From NCBI RefSeq assembly GCF_000024405.1, contig NC_013517.1, positions 2,757,989 through 2,821,988 of the forward strand: 64,000 nucleotides of DNA, read 5' to 3'. The stretch's first letter is position 1, and each line of letters starts with the position of its first letter. This DNA is from Sebaldella termitidis ATCC 33386. GTDB lineage: Bacteria; Fusobacteriota; Fusobacteriia; Fusobacteriales; Leptotrichiaceae. This document shows, in pieces, positions 50,216-61,213 of this stretch. Under the pieces are notes generated by a model. It searched no databases, was not told where the DNA came from, and was given only the letters and a program-made list of their open reading frames with translations. Both the position numbers and the translations under genes were made by a program.

Positions 50216-50569
50216 AAAAAAAATAATTTATATTCATTATATCATAATTTTGATTATCAATCCATTTTGAATTTTATTTAGATAATTAAATATTTTATAT
50301 TGCTTTTTTTTAGTTTGTATTTTAAAAAATAAAAATAAATTCTTGATATTAAAATCGGGACCGGCTCTTTTGCTTTTATAATTAATAAACTTAAGATTCT
50401 GGGATTAACGGTTGTTAACTGCTGTAAACACTGCTTATATAGAGGCCCTGTCTATTTAATTAAACATACCTCTATAAAATTTCATTGATTTTTCTGCTCT
50501 TACAGCTGATTTTATAAGGAGTTTCTAATACATTATTTGTAAAATGATGTTATAATGTCTTAAGTTAAA

Positions 50570-51505
50570 TTGTTCAAAAATAAAATTACCAGAAAGGAAG
50601 AAATGATGTTTGAGTATAATAAACTAGATGAAATGCTGAAAAACGCGAGTTTAAACTACAATACTCGTCCTGTTGAAAAATTTGAAAACTATTCTCCTTC
50701 TGAAATGTCAAATATTCTTAACCATAGTTTTGAAGATGACAGTATAATTAATTTTAGGAATGATTTTTCCAGACTCTCATTTAAGGATATACCATTTTTT
50801 AATTCTATAAAGTATTTTCTTAGTATAATAAACCGAGAAGGAGAAATAAAATTAACAGCTGCGGGAAATTTTCCCCCGAAATACATAAAAGAGCTTTACA
50901 GTAAAAGCTTTATTGATGATGCATCACTGGAAAATAAAAGTGTAAAAGCATTAAACGAAATGGACATTCCCTACATACATCTTACCAAAGTAATATGTTA
51001 TGTAGCCAAGCTTGTCAAAACACACAAAGGAGCCATTTCACTCACGAGGCTCGGAAAAAATATGCTTAATCAGGATTTTGACCTGCTGAAATTAATTTAC
51101 ACAAGCTTTTATCAAAGCTACAATCTTGCATATATGGATGATTATCCCGATTTTGATTTTTCACAGGTCTTCCCTTTTTTTGTACTTCTCATAGGAAAAT
51201 ACGGTGATATTCCCAGAAGTCTTGATTTTTATTACAGTAAGATGATAAATGCTTTTCCTGCTTTAAATGTACCGCTGGATTTGGAAGAATTCGCAGATAT
51301 CGATATGGATGCGGACATAGACTTCAATGAAATTTGTAAAAGTGCTTTTGAATTTCGTATTATTGAGAACTTTCTTGTTCTTTTCAATGTTGTAGATTAT
51401 AATCAAAATTCAAAAATAATAAAAAAATCAAATATTTTCAACGAATTATTTTTAATTCTTCCAAATAATACTTTATTGAAAATTAACTCTGAAAAAATCA
51501 TGTAA
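50570..51505 (+). CDS. hypothetical protein (311 aa), likely starting at the internal ATG ~50603
   Basis: SD AGGAAG before ATGATG. No recognisable domain. Confidence 0.5.
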   Translation: MFKNKITRKEEMMFEYNKLDEMLKNASLNYNTRPVEKFENYSPSEMSNILNHSFEDDSIINFRNDFSRLSFKDIPFFNSIKYFLSIINREGEIKLTAAGNFPPKYIKELYSKSFIDDASLENKSVKALNEMDIPYIHLTKVICYVAKLVKTHKGAISLTRLGKNMLNQDFDLLKLIYTSFYQSYNLAYMDDYPDFDFSQVFPFFVLLIGKYGDIPRSLDFYYSKMINAFPALNVPLDLEEFADIDMDADIDFNEICKSAFEFRIIENFLVLFNVVDYNQNSKIIKKSNIFNELFLILPNNTLLKINSEKIM

Positions 51506-51515
51506 TTATATAATA

Positions 51516-51552
51516 TCAGAACAGCCGTATAAAAGGCTGTTCTGTTTTTTTA
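51516..51552 (+). terminator. rho-independent terminator (cagaacagcc-loop-ggctgttctg, then T7)
   Basis: Seen directly. Confidence 0.75.
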
Positions 51553-51666
51553 TTTCCCTATACTCCGAAACACTGTTTAATGGATGGTTTTGAATATATT
51601 TTTTCCAAAAAAATACACCTTAACTTCTTTATCAAAAAAGTCTACAGGTGTATTTTTATATGTGTT

Positions 51667-52656
51667 TTATTCTGTTATAGTTGCTTCTTTCATTACATCA
51701 TCAGGTATTTTTATCCCAAGAAGCTCCATATTCTTTTTATTTACTGAAATCTTAGGCTTCTGAACTACTTCTATTGTAATATCTTTAGGAGTCTTCTCGC
51801 CCTTTAGTATAGCTGCAGCCATCTCCCCAGCTCTATAGCCTATATCATAATCTGTAGTTCCCTGTGATATTAATGCTCCTCTGTCTGTATACACAGCATT
51901 AGCGCCAAAGATAGGTATTTTAAGGGCATTCATTTTTTCCAGTAAAGCCGGAAAGCTGCTTGAAAGAGTATTATCCTGTATTGCAAAGAATACATCTATA
52001 TCTCTGCTTAGTTTTTCAAGTGCAGACATAAATTCCGGTGCTGAAGTAACTCCCTCAGCAAGTATTTCTATTCCTAATCTTTTTCCTGCCTGTTCTGCTA
52101 TCTCTACCTGAAATACAGAATTCTGTTCAGAAGTATTATATATAATCCCTACTTTTTTCACATTAGGAAACACTTTTTTCAGCAGCTCAAGATTTTTTTC
52201 TATTTCGGGTACACCGCTTGTTCCTGTTACATTTGCCTTATCTGTAAGCCCTGCTCCTTCCGGATCAGATACAGATGCAAATACTACGGGAATTGTGTCT
52301 GTAGATGATGCTGCTGCCTGTGCCGACGGTGTTGCTATTGCGAAAATAAGATCTTTTTTGTCTTCTGCAAACTGCTTTGCTATAAGCTGCTGTGTAGGTA
52401 TCTCTCCATTAGCTACTTTATCATCTATTTCCGTTTCGAGTCCTGCATCCTTCAGTGCATCTATGAATCCCATTTTGGAATCATTTAATGCCGGGTGATC
52501 CACTATTTGTGTCACGCCTATTTTATACACTTTCTTTTGTTCTGTCTGTGTTTCTGTTTTCGGCTCTTCTGTTTTTTGTTCCTCTTTACTTCCGCAGGCC
52601 GTAAATAGTAGCAGCCCCGCAAACATCATTATTATACTTAAAATATTTTTTTTCAT
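51667..52656 (-). CDS. ABC-transporter substrate-binding lipoprotein (ABC_sub_bind/PF04392-like)
   Basis: Lipobox LLFTACG. Periplasmic-binding fold length. Confidence 0.55.
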   Translation of the reverse strand: MKKNILSIIMMFAGLLLFTACGSKEEQKTEEPKTETQTEQKKVYKIGVTQIVDHPALNDSKMGFIDALKDAGLETEIDDKVANGEIPTQQLIAKQFAEDKKDLIFAIATPSAQAAASSTDTIPVVFASVSDPEGAGLTDKANVTGTSGVPEIEKNLELLKKVFPNVKKVGIIYNTSEQNSVFQVEIAEQAGKRLGIEILAEGVTSAPEFMSALEKLSRDIDVFFAIQDNTLSSSFPALLEKMNALKIPIFGANAVYTDRGALISQGTTDYDIGYRAGEMAAAILKGEKTPKDITIEVVQKPKISVNKKNMELLGIKIPDDVMKEATITE

Positions 52657-52671
52657 AATTATCAGCTCCTG

Positions 52672-53433
52672 TTATTTTCTATAGATATTAAATCCTGTTC
52701 CCTGCTGATTAGCCATTATTGTCACATCTGTTATCTGCACCCTTTTAGGCTGGTTCGCCACATAAAGGACTACATCGGCTATATCCTCAGGCTGTAATGC
52801 CTCTATCCCTTTATAAACTCCTTCTGCCCTTTCACTGTCACCGTGAAATCTTACTTCGCTAAAATCTGTCTGTACTATTCCCGGCTGTATTGTTGTTATT
52901 TTTATGTCTTTATCTATTATGTCTATTCTTATTCCGTCACTCAGTGTTTTCACTGCTGCTTTGCTTGCACAGTATACCGCTGCTTTTTCATATGCATAAA
53001 TACCTGCTGTGGAACCCATATTTATAATATGTCCCGAATTTTCCCCGGCCATCTGTTCTATAACTTTTCTTGTTACATAAATGAGACCCTTCAGATTGGT
53101 ATTTATCATTTTCTCTATGTCTTCAATGCTGCTGTCCTGAAACTTGTCCAGTCCGCTTGCGAGTCCGGCATTATTCACAAGAATGTCTATTTTTATATCT
53201 TTATCTTCCAGATCCTTTACTACGCTGCTAACATCTTCGTAGTTTGTAACATCCAGCTCATATATGTGTACATGGCTGCGCCACTTGTTCTTTATATCCT
53301 GTGCAATCTCATTGAGATTTTCTTTTCTTCTTGCACATAGTATCAGATTATCCCCGTATTCAGCGAATTTATAAGCTGTAGCCTTCCCTATACCGGAACT
53401 TGCACCTGTTATAAACACATTTCTTGCTTTCAT
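52672..53433 (-). CDS. SDR-family NADP-dependent oxidoreductase (YdfG-like)
   Basis: TGASSGIGKATA and YCASKAAV motifs. Confidence 0.85.
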   Translation of the reverse strand: MKARNVFITGASSGIGKATAYKFAEYGDNLILCARRKENLNEIAQDIKNKWRSHVHIYELDVTNYEDVSSVVKDLEDKDIKIDILVNNAGLASGLDKFQDSSIEDIEKMINTNLKGLIYVTRKVIEQMAGENSGHIINMGSTAGIYAYEKAAVYCASKAAVKTLSDGIRIDIIDKDIKITTIQPGIVQTDFSEVRFHGDSERAEGVYKGIEALQPEDIADVVLYVANQPKRVQITDVTIMANQQGTGFNIYRK

Positions 53434-53452
53434 GTCAGCCTCCTTTAATTTA

Positions 53453-54076
53453 TTATCCTAAAAACTTTCCGTTTTTTATAAAATGCTCTATCTTTTTTAT
53501 GACTTCATCAGAATACATAATCATCGTGTGTCCTTTTTCCAGCTCTATAAATGATTTTTGTCCTTTGACCTTGGTAGAATCAACAGCTACTATTCCGTCG
53601 TTTTTCTTTCCCTTAAAATACTTATCCAGAAAAAAATAATAGTTTCTTCCGCCGGCTATTATACCGCATTCAAAGTTTATCTCCCCGAGTCTGTTTACAA
53701 AGCTGTTTCTGCTCCTCATTATCTGTGCACATGCAGGACCGTGTATCTTATAAAATTTATTTGCCAGCTCGCTTCCTTTATTCGGCGGGGCTAACATTAC
53801 CACACGTCCGGGATTTTTTATTTCATGGGTCTTAAACAGGTATCTTACCAGTATTCCTCCCATTGAATGTGTTACAAAATTTATTTTCTGCCCCTTATCA
53901 TTAAGCTCGTTTACTATCTCCGTCAGATATTTTTCTACAAGTATTTCAATGGGATATTTTAATGAATTATATCCAATATTATATACATCATATTCTTCTT
54001 TAAAATGTTTTTCTATTTTGTTCATTGAAGTTTTTCTTCTTCCTAATCCGTGAAGCAAGACTATAGCTTCTTTCAT
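53453..54076 (-). CDS. alpha/beta hydrolase (lipase/esterase, GHSMGG nucleophile elbow)
   Basis: THSMGG motif. Confidence 0.7.
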   Translation of the reverse strand: MKEAIVLLHGLGRRKTSMNKIEKHFKEEYDVYNIGYNSLKYPIEILVEKYLTEIVNELNDKGQKINFVTHSMGGILVRYLFKTHEIKNPGRVVMLAPPNKGSELANKFYKIHGPACAQIMRSRNSFVNRLGEINFECGIIAGGRNYYFFLDKYFKGKKNDGIVAVDSTKVKGQKSFIELEKGHTMIMYSDEVIKKIEHFIKNGKFLG

Positions 54077-54468
54077 TCCGATTACCTCCCTACAGTGTCC
54101 GAAAGAATAAAAAAAGCCCCTACAGGCTTATGATATATCTATAAAATAATTTTATACATAAAATAAAAAAAAGTAAAACAAATAAACCTAATATGAAAAA
54201 TATTCAATTTTTTAAGGTAAAATTTGCCAACTCCAACTTTTCATTTTATTTCCTCCAATATCTTTATATTATCTAGTATAACATTTTTTGAGATAAACTC
54301 AAATATATTTTCACTATATGATCTATATATTAAATATATTCATAATTCATTTTTTCCTGATTTTTATTAATATTAATAAGCATCAAGTATATAATATGAT
54401 CAGAAAATTGTGAAATATTTATATTAATCCGCTAAAAAAGCCGTTATTATTGTTCACGGCGGCTTTTA

Positions 54469-54771
54469 TTATAAATAAATTATATCATCTGGTCCTGAAT
54501 TTTTCAGCAGAGCAGCTATTCCTTCTATAAAACCAATTATTCCCGGTATGTAAGTCCAGCAAAATAATATGCACAGTACACCCTGTACAGGTTTTCCCGC
54601 ATAAAATTTATGTATTCCCAGCCATCCCAAAAAAATAGCAAGCAAAGCGTACACTACTTTATGTACCGGTTTTTTCCCGTAATTTCTTTCTGTTCTTTCT
54701 ATTCTTTCTCTTGCCATATCTCTGTCTCTTTTTTCTTCAAATACACTAAAGTCATCATCATATCTTCCCAT
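54469..54771 (-). CDS. TM2-domain (NINE) membrane protein
   Basis: ..LGWLGIHKFYAGK... two-TM motif. Confidence 0.6.
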   Translation of the reverse strand: MGRYDDDFSVFEEKRDRDMARERIERTERNYGKKPVHKVVYALLAIFLGWLGIHKFYAGKPVQGVLCILFCWTYIPGIIGFIEGIAALLKNSGPDDIIYL

Positions 54772-55051
54772 GTATATTTTCTCCTTCTATAAAAAATTTA
54801 TTTTAACAATCCCTTACTTTATCACAATCAAGCACAATAATTTTTTTTATTTTTTTCTCCTGATGTTTTTATATAATTCTATCATATTTATTTCTTAATT
54901 TAAAATTTTTTCTGTATAAAAAAATCGTCTACTGCATTTATTGTATCCCAAAGCAGGAACTAAATCCTGAAATTTTGTTACTATATGTTTTCATAACTAT
55001 TATATCATATTTTTTTAAAAGTAAATCCTTCAAATTTTTCTTAAAACATAT

Positions 55052-55720
55052 TTATATCAATTTTTTTAATTTAGATATTTTTTCCTCAAATGTTATTTTT
55101 CCTAAATTATCTGCTAACAATATTTTATCATCTCTAATTAAAAATTTATTCTTCAAAAAATATGAATTTGAAATCCAGCTTGGTTTATCTGTCAATATAT
55201 CCCTTCTGTATATTATTGTTGTTTTATCTGATACAATAAATTCCGCATAAAATTTATCCATTGTCACTTCACATATAATCTCACAGGTTAGAGCTGTTCC
55301 CTTTATTCTTTTTCTTCTCCATGTCCATTTGTTTTCATATCCGTTTCTTCTAAATTCTTCCAGTGATTTCAAAAGAAAATCAAGTGGAAGCTTATGCTTG
55401 GAAATACATATGTTAATACCGTATGACAGCATTTGAATAAATAATTCATTCAGAGAATCTAAGGGTCTTGTACTGTATTCATTCAGATCAAACGGAACAT
55501 CGACTGACAGCACATTACAAGAATTGACAAAACCTTCGTTAAAAGGTTTTTCCTTACCAATAAAACAAATTCTGTTAAAATTATCTGATATAATTTTTTT
55601 AGTTTTTATTTCCCTTATTAAATATAAGCATATGCTCCAGCTTTGCATTTTGAAGCTCGTTACCACGGTGCTGTCATAATCAACAGGCTCCGGATATACA
55701 AAAATATCTTTAAAAATCAT
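55052..55720 (-). CDS. hypothetical protein (222 aa)
   Basis: ORF only. Confidence 0.4.
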   Translation of the reverse strand: MIFKDIFVYPEPVDYDSTVVTSFKMQSWSICLYLIREIKTKKIISDNFNRICFIGKEKPFNEGFVNSCNVLSVDVPFDLNEYSTRPLDSLNELFIQMLSYGINICISKHKLPLDFLLKSLEEFRRNGYENKWTWRRKRIKGTALTCEIICEVTMDKFYAEFIVSDKTTIIYRRDILTDKPSWISNSYFLKNKFLIRDDKILLADNLGKITFEEKISKLKKLI

Positions 55721-55842
55721 AACTTTTTACCATCCTGTGTAAACTCCCATATAATTTTACTTAATTATATATATTTTTTTTATCTTTTTCAAGACTAAAT
55801 TCCCTGTTCTGACAGGAAAGAATATCTGAAAATTAAACTTAT

Positions 55843-55872
55843 AAAAAAATGAGCCTTATAAAAGCTCATTTT
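55843..55872. terminator. bidirectional terminator after rpmA (A7-tgagc-cttataaaa-gctca-T4)
   Basis: Seen directly. Confidence 0.65.
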
Positions 55873-55876
55873 ACAT

Positions 55877-56164
55877 CTATGCTCTTTCAGAGTATACACT
55901 AACTCTTTTTTTATTTTTTCCGAATTTCTCGAATTTCACATATCCGTCAGTCAGAGCGAATAATGTGTAGTCTCTTCCAAGACCCATGTTTGTCCCTGCG
56001 TGAAATTTAGTACCTCTTTGTCTTACTATTATATTTCCGGCTTTTACTAGTTCACCATCAGTTCTCTTTACACCTAAATATTTAGGATTACTGTCTCTAC
56101 CGTTTTTAGTAGATCCTTGACCTTTCTTAGATGCGAATAACTGTAAATTTAATTTTAATAACAT
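55877..56164 (-). CDS. rpmA: 50S ribosomal protein L27 (with N-terminal propeptide)
   Basis: ..[19 protein letters not shown].. Confidence 0.95.
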   Translation of the reverse strand: MLLKLNLQLFASKKGQGSTKNGRDSNPKYLGVKRTDGELVKAGNIIVRQRGTKFHAGTNMGLGRDYTLFALTDGYVKFEKFGKNKKRVSVYSERA

Positions 56165-56496
56165 TAGGACTCCTCCTTCTCTATTAATTTTACTTTATCG
56201 GAATACTCTTTGGATATTCCTTCCAGCATTTTATACATAGATTCTAACAATATATTCAGTTCAGCTTCGTTTCCCTTTAAATCAATATTTGCAAAATTAC
56301 AGTCTATCAATCCTTCACTATATTTATAGTCCGGTTCTAATTTTAATAATTCCAATATACCATTTAAAGTCTGTGTAGCAGATGTCGTCACTGCTGAACA
56401 AACTATATCCTCACCGTACTCCCCGTAATTTGCGTGGCCCTTTACGATAAATCTTATAATTTTCCCGTTTTTCCGGTAAATGTTTATTTTAATCAT
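56164..56496 (-). CDS. prp: ribosomal-processing cysteine protease Prp
   Basis: ..[18 protein letters not shown].. between rplU and rpmA. Confidence 0.85.
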   Translation of the reverse strand: MIKINIYRKNGKIIRFIVKGHANYGEYGEDIVCSAVTTSATQTLNGILELLKLEPDYKYSEGLIDCNFANIDLKGNEAELNILLESMYKMLEGISKEYSDKVKLIEKEES

Positions 56497-56498
56497 GA

Positions 56499-56807
56499 TT
56501 AAACAGTAATAGATTTTATTTCAATTCTAGTAAACTGCTGTCTATGACCTTTTTTTCTGTAGTAAGTTTTTTTGTTATACTTGAAGTTGATCTTTTTATC
56601 ACCTTTACCGTGTGCCTTTACTGTAGCGACTACTTTAGCTGTATTAACTAAAGGCTTTCCTACTTCTACTTTATCACCATCGATAATCATTAATACATCC
56701 GTTAATTCTACATCAGAATCAACATCCGCTGCTAATTTCTCAACTTCTAAAACTGTACCTTCCTGAACTTTGTATTGTTTTCCACCTGTCTTAATAACTG
56801 CGTACAT
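56499..56807 (-). CDS. rplU: 50S ribosomal protein L21
   Basis: [14 protein letters not shown].. Confidence 0.95.
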   Translation of the reverse strand: MYAVIKTGGKQYKVQEGTVLEVEKLAADVDSDVELTDVLMIIDGDKVEVGKPLVNTAKVVATVKAHGKGDKKINFKYNKKTYYRKKGHRQQFTRIEIKSITV

Positions 56808-56900
56808 GTTTTCACCTCCATAATTTCAAATCGCTTAAGATAAGGCATTAGCTGACCTTCTTAAGGCGTATACCAGAATATAGTATCATAAATCCGGCAT
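56808..56900 (-). promoter_or_regulatory. rplU promoter (TTGACA) plus structured leader, candidate L21-leader autoregulatory element
   Basis: Minus strand TTGACA...; leader hairpin cgccttaaga...tcttaagcg; SD GGAGGTG. Confidence 0.3.
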
Positions 56901-56979
56901 ACTTGTCAATTATTTTATCAAACTAAGGCAATTTGCGTAACAGATTTTGATAATTATTTTTTTATTTTGTCTGATAATA

Positions 56980-57453
56980 TTAAATATTATTTTTTTTCCC
57001 AACTGATGTTACTTTGACCTTTTTTATCGTAATCAAGGCATTTTCAAAAAAGTCCCTAAAAGCTTCCGATTCTTCTTTTTGCAAAACCGGCAGCAGATTT
57101 TGATTTTTTAATATAAATTCCGGAACCTCAAATTCAAATTCCTTGTTATGTGTAGAAAGCTTATATTTATTATCTTTAGTTATTTTTGCATAAATTACGT
57201 CATCCTGCTCCACTTCGCTGATTTCTTCCACTTTTTTAATTTCACTGTCCATTTTCAAAAATACTATATCCTTCGTTCTGTCATTATAAGCTGTTAAATA
57301 AGTTCTATACTCCTTTTTAAACAGACTTTTTTTCTTTTGCACAGCATAAACAATCTTATATCTTTCAAAATTTTCCAGATTACTGCTTATTATTTTTTTT
57401 ATCTTTGCCGTACTTTCGTTACTTTCACGTCTGCTCGGCTTATCCTTCACCAT
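56980..57453 (-). CDS. hypothetical protein (157 aa)
   Basis: ORF only. Confidence 0.4.
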   Translation of the reverse strand: MVKDKPSRRESNESTAKIKKIISSNLENFERYKIVYAVQKKKSLFKKEYRTYLTAYNDRTKDIVFLKMDSEIKKVEEISEVEQDDVIYAKITKDNKYKLSTHNKEFEFEVPEFILKNQNLLPVLQKEESEAFRDFFENALITIKKVKVTSVGKKNNI

Positions 57454-57493
57454 TTTCCTCCAGTTACCTTTCCATACTTCACTATACTTTTTC

Positions 57494-58156
57494 CTAAAAC
57501 AGATTATAGTCTGAAATTATTCCGTCTACTCCCATATTTTTATAATATTCTGCTTCTGCTTTTGTATTTACAGTCCATATATTCACGAAATAACCGTGTT
57601 TATGACACTCGCTTATTATTTCTTTATCCATAAAATAATAAAGCGAGTTATAACCGTCTGCTTCTGCAGCTTTTATCACGGATACGGGATCTGCCGGTCT
57701 TGAAGCGACCAGCACAGCTGTTTTCAGCATTTTATCCCTCTTTTTTATCTCTTTCAGAATTACATGGTCAAAGCTCGAAATAAGAACCTTTTCTTTGAAT
57801 GAATATCTTTCAAGCAGGTATATAAGTTCTTCAATAATTCCGTTTTTTTGAAATAATTCTTTTATTTCAATATTTAGTTCCATATTTTTATCTTTTATAT
57901 TTTTTATCACTTCTTTTAATAAAGGAATTTCATCTGTAATTGTCAGCAATTCCTCATATGTGAGTTCTGATATTTTTTTATTACTGTTAAAAAGTCTCTT
58001 TAGATCATAATCATGAAACACTATAATTTTCCCGTCTTTCGTCATCTGGATATCTATCTCAGCCATATCAAATCCCAGATTAACGGCTTCTAATATACTT
58101 TCCAGAGTATTTTCCGGCTTAATACCTCTTACTCCTCTGTGCCCTATCTTTTTCAT
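57494..58156 (-). CDS. glycerophosphodiester phosphodiesterase (GDPD family)
   Basis: ..IGHRGVRG.PENTLES...D.AEIDIQMTKDG..VVFHD.. Confidence 0.8.
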   Translation of the reverse strand: MKKIGHRGVRGIKPENTLESILEAVNLGFDMAEIDIQMTKDGKIIVFHDYDLKRLFNSNKKISELTYEELLTITDEIPLLKEVIKNIKDKNMELNIEIKELFQKNGIIEELIYLLERYSFKEKVLISSFDHVILKEIKKRDKMLKTAVLVASRPADPVSVIKAAEADGYNSLYYFMDKEIISECHKHGYFVNIWTVNTKAEAEYYKNMGVDGIISDYNLF

Positions 58157-58258
58157 AATATCACTCCCGAGATTTACTTTATATCTTATTTTCACAGTAC
58201 ATATCATCTCATGTTGTCCGGTATTGTTTCTTTAATTTAGTATATTTTTAGCAATCTG

Positions 58259-59626
58259 CTAAACAGAAAGCTCCATTCTTCTGATTTTTCTCATTTCCCA
58301 GCTGATCATAGTTACTGAAAGTATAAATGCCAGAAAGTCAGACATAGGCGCTGCTATCCAGATACCTTCAGATCCCATAAATCTTGGAAGAATTAATAAA
58401 AACGGTATCAGCAGTATTATCTGTCTTGACATGGACAGTACCATAGAGATCGCTGCTTTTCCTATTGACTGAAAAAAGCTCGATGATATTACCTGAAATC
58501 CTACAACTGCAAATCCCAGACAGTATATTCTTATTGCATGTGTACCGATTTCTATAGCCTTCATATCATTTTTGCTTATAAAAAGCCCTAAAAGAACTTC
58601 CGGCATTGTTTGAATTACTATAAAAGAAGATACACAAAGCACTGTAGAGACTATCATTGCCAGCTTCAAGGTCTTTTTTACCCTGTCATACTGCCTTGCG
58701 CCGTAATTAAAACCTATTATCGGCTGTGCTCCCTGATTTACACCGAATACAGGCATTAATAAGATTATTGTAACTCTGCTTATTACTGCCATTACTCCTA
58801 TTACAAGATCCGACTCTCCGGAACTGTATGCATAAACTATTTGTTTGCTCAAAATAAACTGAATCAGACTTCCCGCCATCTGCAGCATAAACGGTGCGAA
58901 TCCTATCGATACTATTGACCATACAATATAAGATGAAAGCTTAAAGTTTTTCAATTTCATTTTCAGCAGACTGCTTTTCCCGAAAAAATACGCCGTAACC
59001 CAGATACAGCTCACAGCCTGTGCTATTATAGTTGCCCATGCAGCACCTGCTACACCCATTTTAAACGGAACTATAAATATATAATCAAGTATTATATTTG
59101 TAATACCGCCTATAATCATAGTAAACATTGCTATTTTCGGACTTCCGCAGCTTCTTATTACATTATTGAGTCCCAGACCTACTATCTGAAATATTGATCC
59201 TATTAACATTATATTGGTAAATTTATTAGCATAAGCCGCTACTTCCGGATTCAGCTCCAGATAGCCCAATATGCCCGTAATCATGACTTTCCCCAAAATG
59301 CCCACCAAAGCATATCCTATGATCATCAAAACTACTGCATTTCCAAGATATTTTTCTGCCCTGTTTTTTTTCTTTTGCCCCAAAGATATGGAAATTCTTG
59401 CTGCTGCTCCTATACCTACCAACATTCCCACTGCCATAATGGTATTTGTAATAGGAAAAGTTACGCCTACTCCTGCCAGTGCATTGGTTCCGACGAACTG
59501 TCCCACGAATATAGTGTCGACCGCTCCGTATAGTGCATTTACGAGCATCCCCACCACTGCAGGTATGGAAAATTTAAATAATAATTTTCCTATACTGTCT
59601 TTTTCTAATGATATGCTGTTTTCCAT
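58259..59626 (-). CDS. MATE-family efflux transporter
   Basis: 455 aa, 12 TM helices, MATE-like composition. Confidence 0.7.
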   Translation of the reverse strand: MENSISLEKDSIGKLLFKFSIPAVVGMLVNALYGAVDTIFVGQFVGTNALAGVGVTFPITNTIMAVGMLVGIGAAARISISLGQKKKNRAEKYLGNAVVLMIIGYALVGILGKVMITGILGYLELNPEVAAYANKFTNIMLIGSIFQIVGLGLNNVIRSCGSPKIAMFTMIIGGITNIILDYIFIVPFKMGVAGAAWATIIAQAVSCIWVTAYFFGKSSLLKMKLKNFKLSSYIVWSIVSIGFAPFMLQMAGSLIQFILSKQIVYAYSSGESDLVIGVMAVISRVTIILLMPVFGVNQGAQPIIGFNYGARQYDRVKKTLKLAMIVSTVLCVSSFIVIQTMPEVLLGLFISKNDMKAIEIGTHAIRIYCLGFAVVGFQVISSSFFQSIGKAAISMVLSMSRQIILLIPFLLILPRFMGSEGIWIAAPMSDFLAFILSVTMISWEMRKIRRMELSV

Positions 59627-59869
59627 TTTTTCCTCCTTACATTATTGTTTCTTTCAAAAAATAATAGAAGTCCTGTGATACAGACTTCTATATTTTATAA
59701 TATTAAACTCAAAATTTATTACAAAATATTCCCGTTATTAAAATATTATACATTATTCTATTCATACAAATCAACTTTTTTTTATGTCTCTGCCGCAAAC
59801 TGAAACCAGATGCCTGATACAAAATATTAGTTAACGGAATAACATGCTCTGCAGTATCTCGCTGCTGAT

Positions 59870-60376
59870 TTAATAATATACTCTTGATACCTCAAGCTCT
59901 ATAATCCGAAGCATTTCCCATGCATCGGCATCTCCCTCCTGGGCTGCAATTGTATAATATCTTTTTGCTAGATCATATTTTTCCAGAATATAGTACAGAT
60001 TAGCAAGGTTATATACCGAACCTTTTACATTTTTTACAACTGCCATTTTATAACATTCTTCCGCAAGATCATATTTTTCCTGATCCATATATATCATCGC
60101 CAGGTTATTCAGTGCATTTTTACTGCCTTCATCAATGGCTTTTTTATAGTATTCTTCTGCAAGATCATATTTCCCCACATCATTATACAGTAATCCCAGA
60201 TAAAAATATGCATTTTTATTTCCATCTTCATTTAGTGCTTTTAACAGATATTTTTCCGATTCATCATATTTTTTTTCATTCAGGCTTATTATCCCGGATT
60301 TCAGATTTTCCGTATCAGCCAAAAGACAAAATGAGAAAATCATAAATGTTATTACAATAAAAAATTTCCTTTTCAT
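59870..60376 (-). CDS. Sel1/TPR-repeat secreted protein
   Basis: Signal peptide plus repeated ..A.YYKKA...G...A..NL...Y. Confidence 0.6.
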   Translation of the reverse strand: MKRKFFIVITFMIFSFCLLADTENLKSGIISLNEKKYDESEKYLLKALNEDGNKNAYFYLGLLYNDVGKYDLAEEYYKKAIDEGSKNALNNLAMIYMDQEKYDLAEECYKMAVVKNVKGSVYNLANLYYILEKYDLAKRYYTIAAQEGDADAWEMLRIIELEVSRVYY

Positions 60377-60509
60377 AAAAAACTCCTTGAACTTTTTCTG
60401 TTTGTTTTCATATTCTATCATAAATAAAAAAAAGATCATACATATTTGTTTATTCTTATTATTAAAAATATATATAAGATTCCATATCAAAAATAAGTTT
60501 CATTTCAGC

Positions 60510-61013
60510 TTACAGTGCTTTGACCGGCTTCATTATTCTTGCGCCTTTTTCCGGTAAAGCGCCGAAATTAAACTCCGGTATTAAATCACAAGCAAACTTA
60601 TATCCGAACATCTCCGGTTTATATTCTTCTATTGCTTTATTCACTATTTCTATGGCTCTTATGAATCCTTCTTTATCTTCATAAGGCATCCCCTGAAAAT
60701 AAAGCATTTCACAGGCTGGAAGCTCTATAATTTCATATTTTTCCGGAAGTTTCCCCGAATAATCCGCAGGCACCTCTATTCCTGCTGCTATTGCAGAAGT
60801 TCCAGTTTTTACCAGTTTATCCGGAAGTGTGAGAATAGCAGCACTGTCAAGTTTATCCGGAATATTATTTAATATTTCTTCCCAGTCACAGCCCATTTCT
60901 TCACAGTAAGAAAAATAATCAGATGCTTTGACCGATCTTAGCAGCATCAGCCTGCGGGCAGGGCGCTCAATAAGCGTAACAGTAACAATATCGACTGTCT
61001 TTTTTCTTTCCAT
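60510..61013 (-). CDS. hypothetical protein (possible GyrI-like effector-binding fold)
   Basis: ORF only. Weak resemblance. Confidence 0.35.
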   Translation of the reverse strand: MERKKTVDIVTVTLIERPARRLMLLRSVKASDYFSYCEEMGCDWEEILNNIPDKLDSAAILTLPDKLVKTGTSAIAAGIEVPADYSGKLPEKYEIIELPACEMLYFQGMPYEDKEGFIRAIEIVNKAIEEYKPEMFGYKFACDLIPEFNFGALPEKGARIMKPVKAL

Positions 61014-61213
61014 TCTCCATCAATCCTTTCGTTAATTAAAATATAAACACAAGTTTTGATAACAAGACCAGACATTTCCGCTCCGCAGAAAAATCCTTAG
61101 TTTATTATACCTGCCGCAAAAAATAAAATCAAGCTAAGTATCAGTTTCCGAATAAAAGATCCTGTTTATAAAAAAAAGAAGCAGGATTTAATTGTTCCCG
61201 CTTCTTCTATAGT

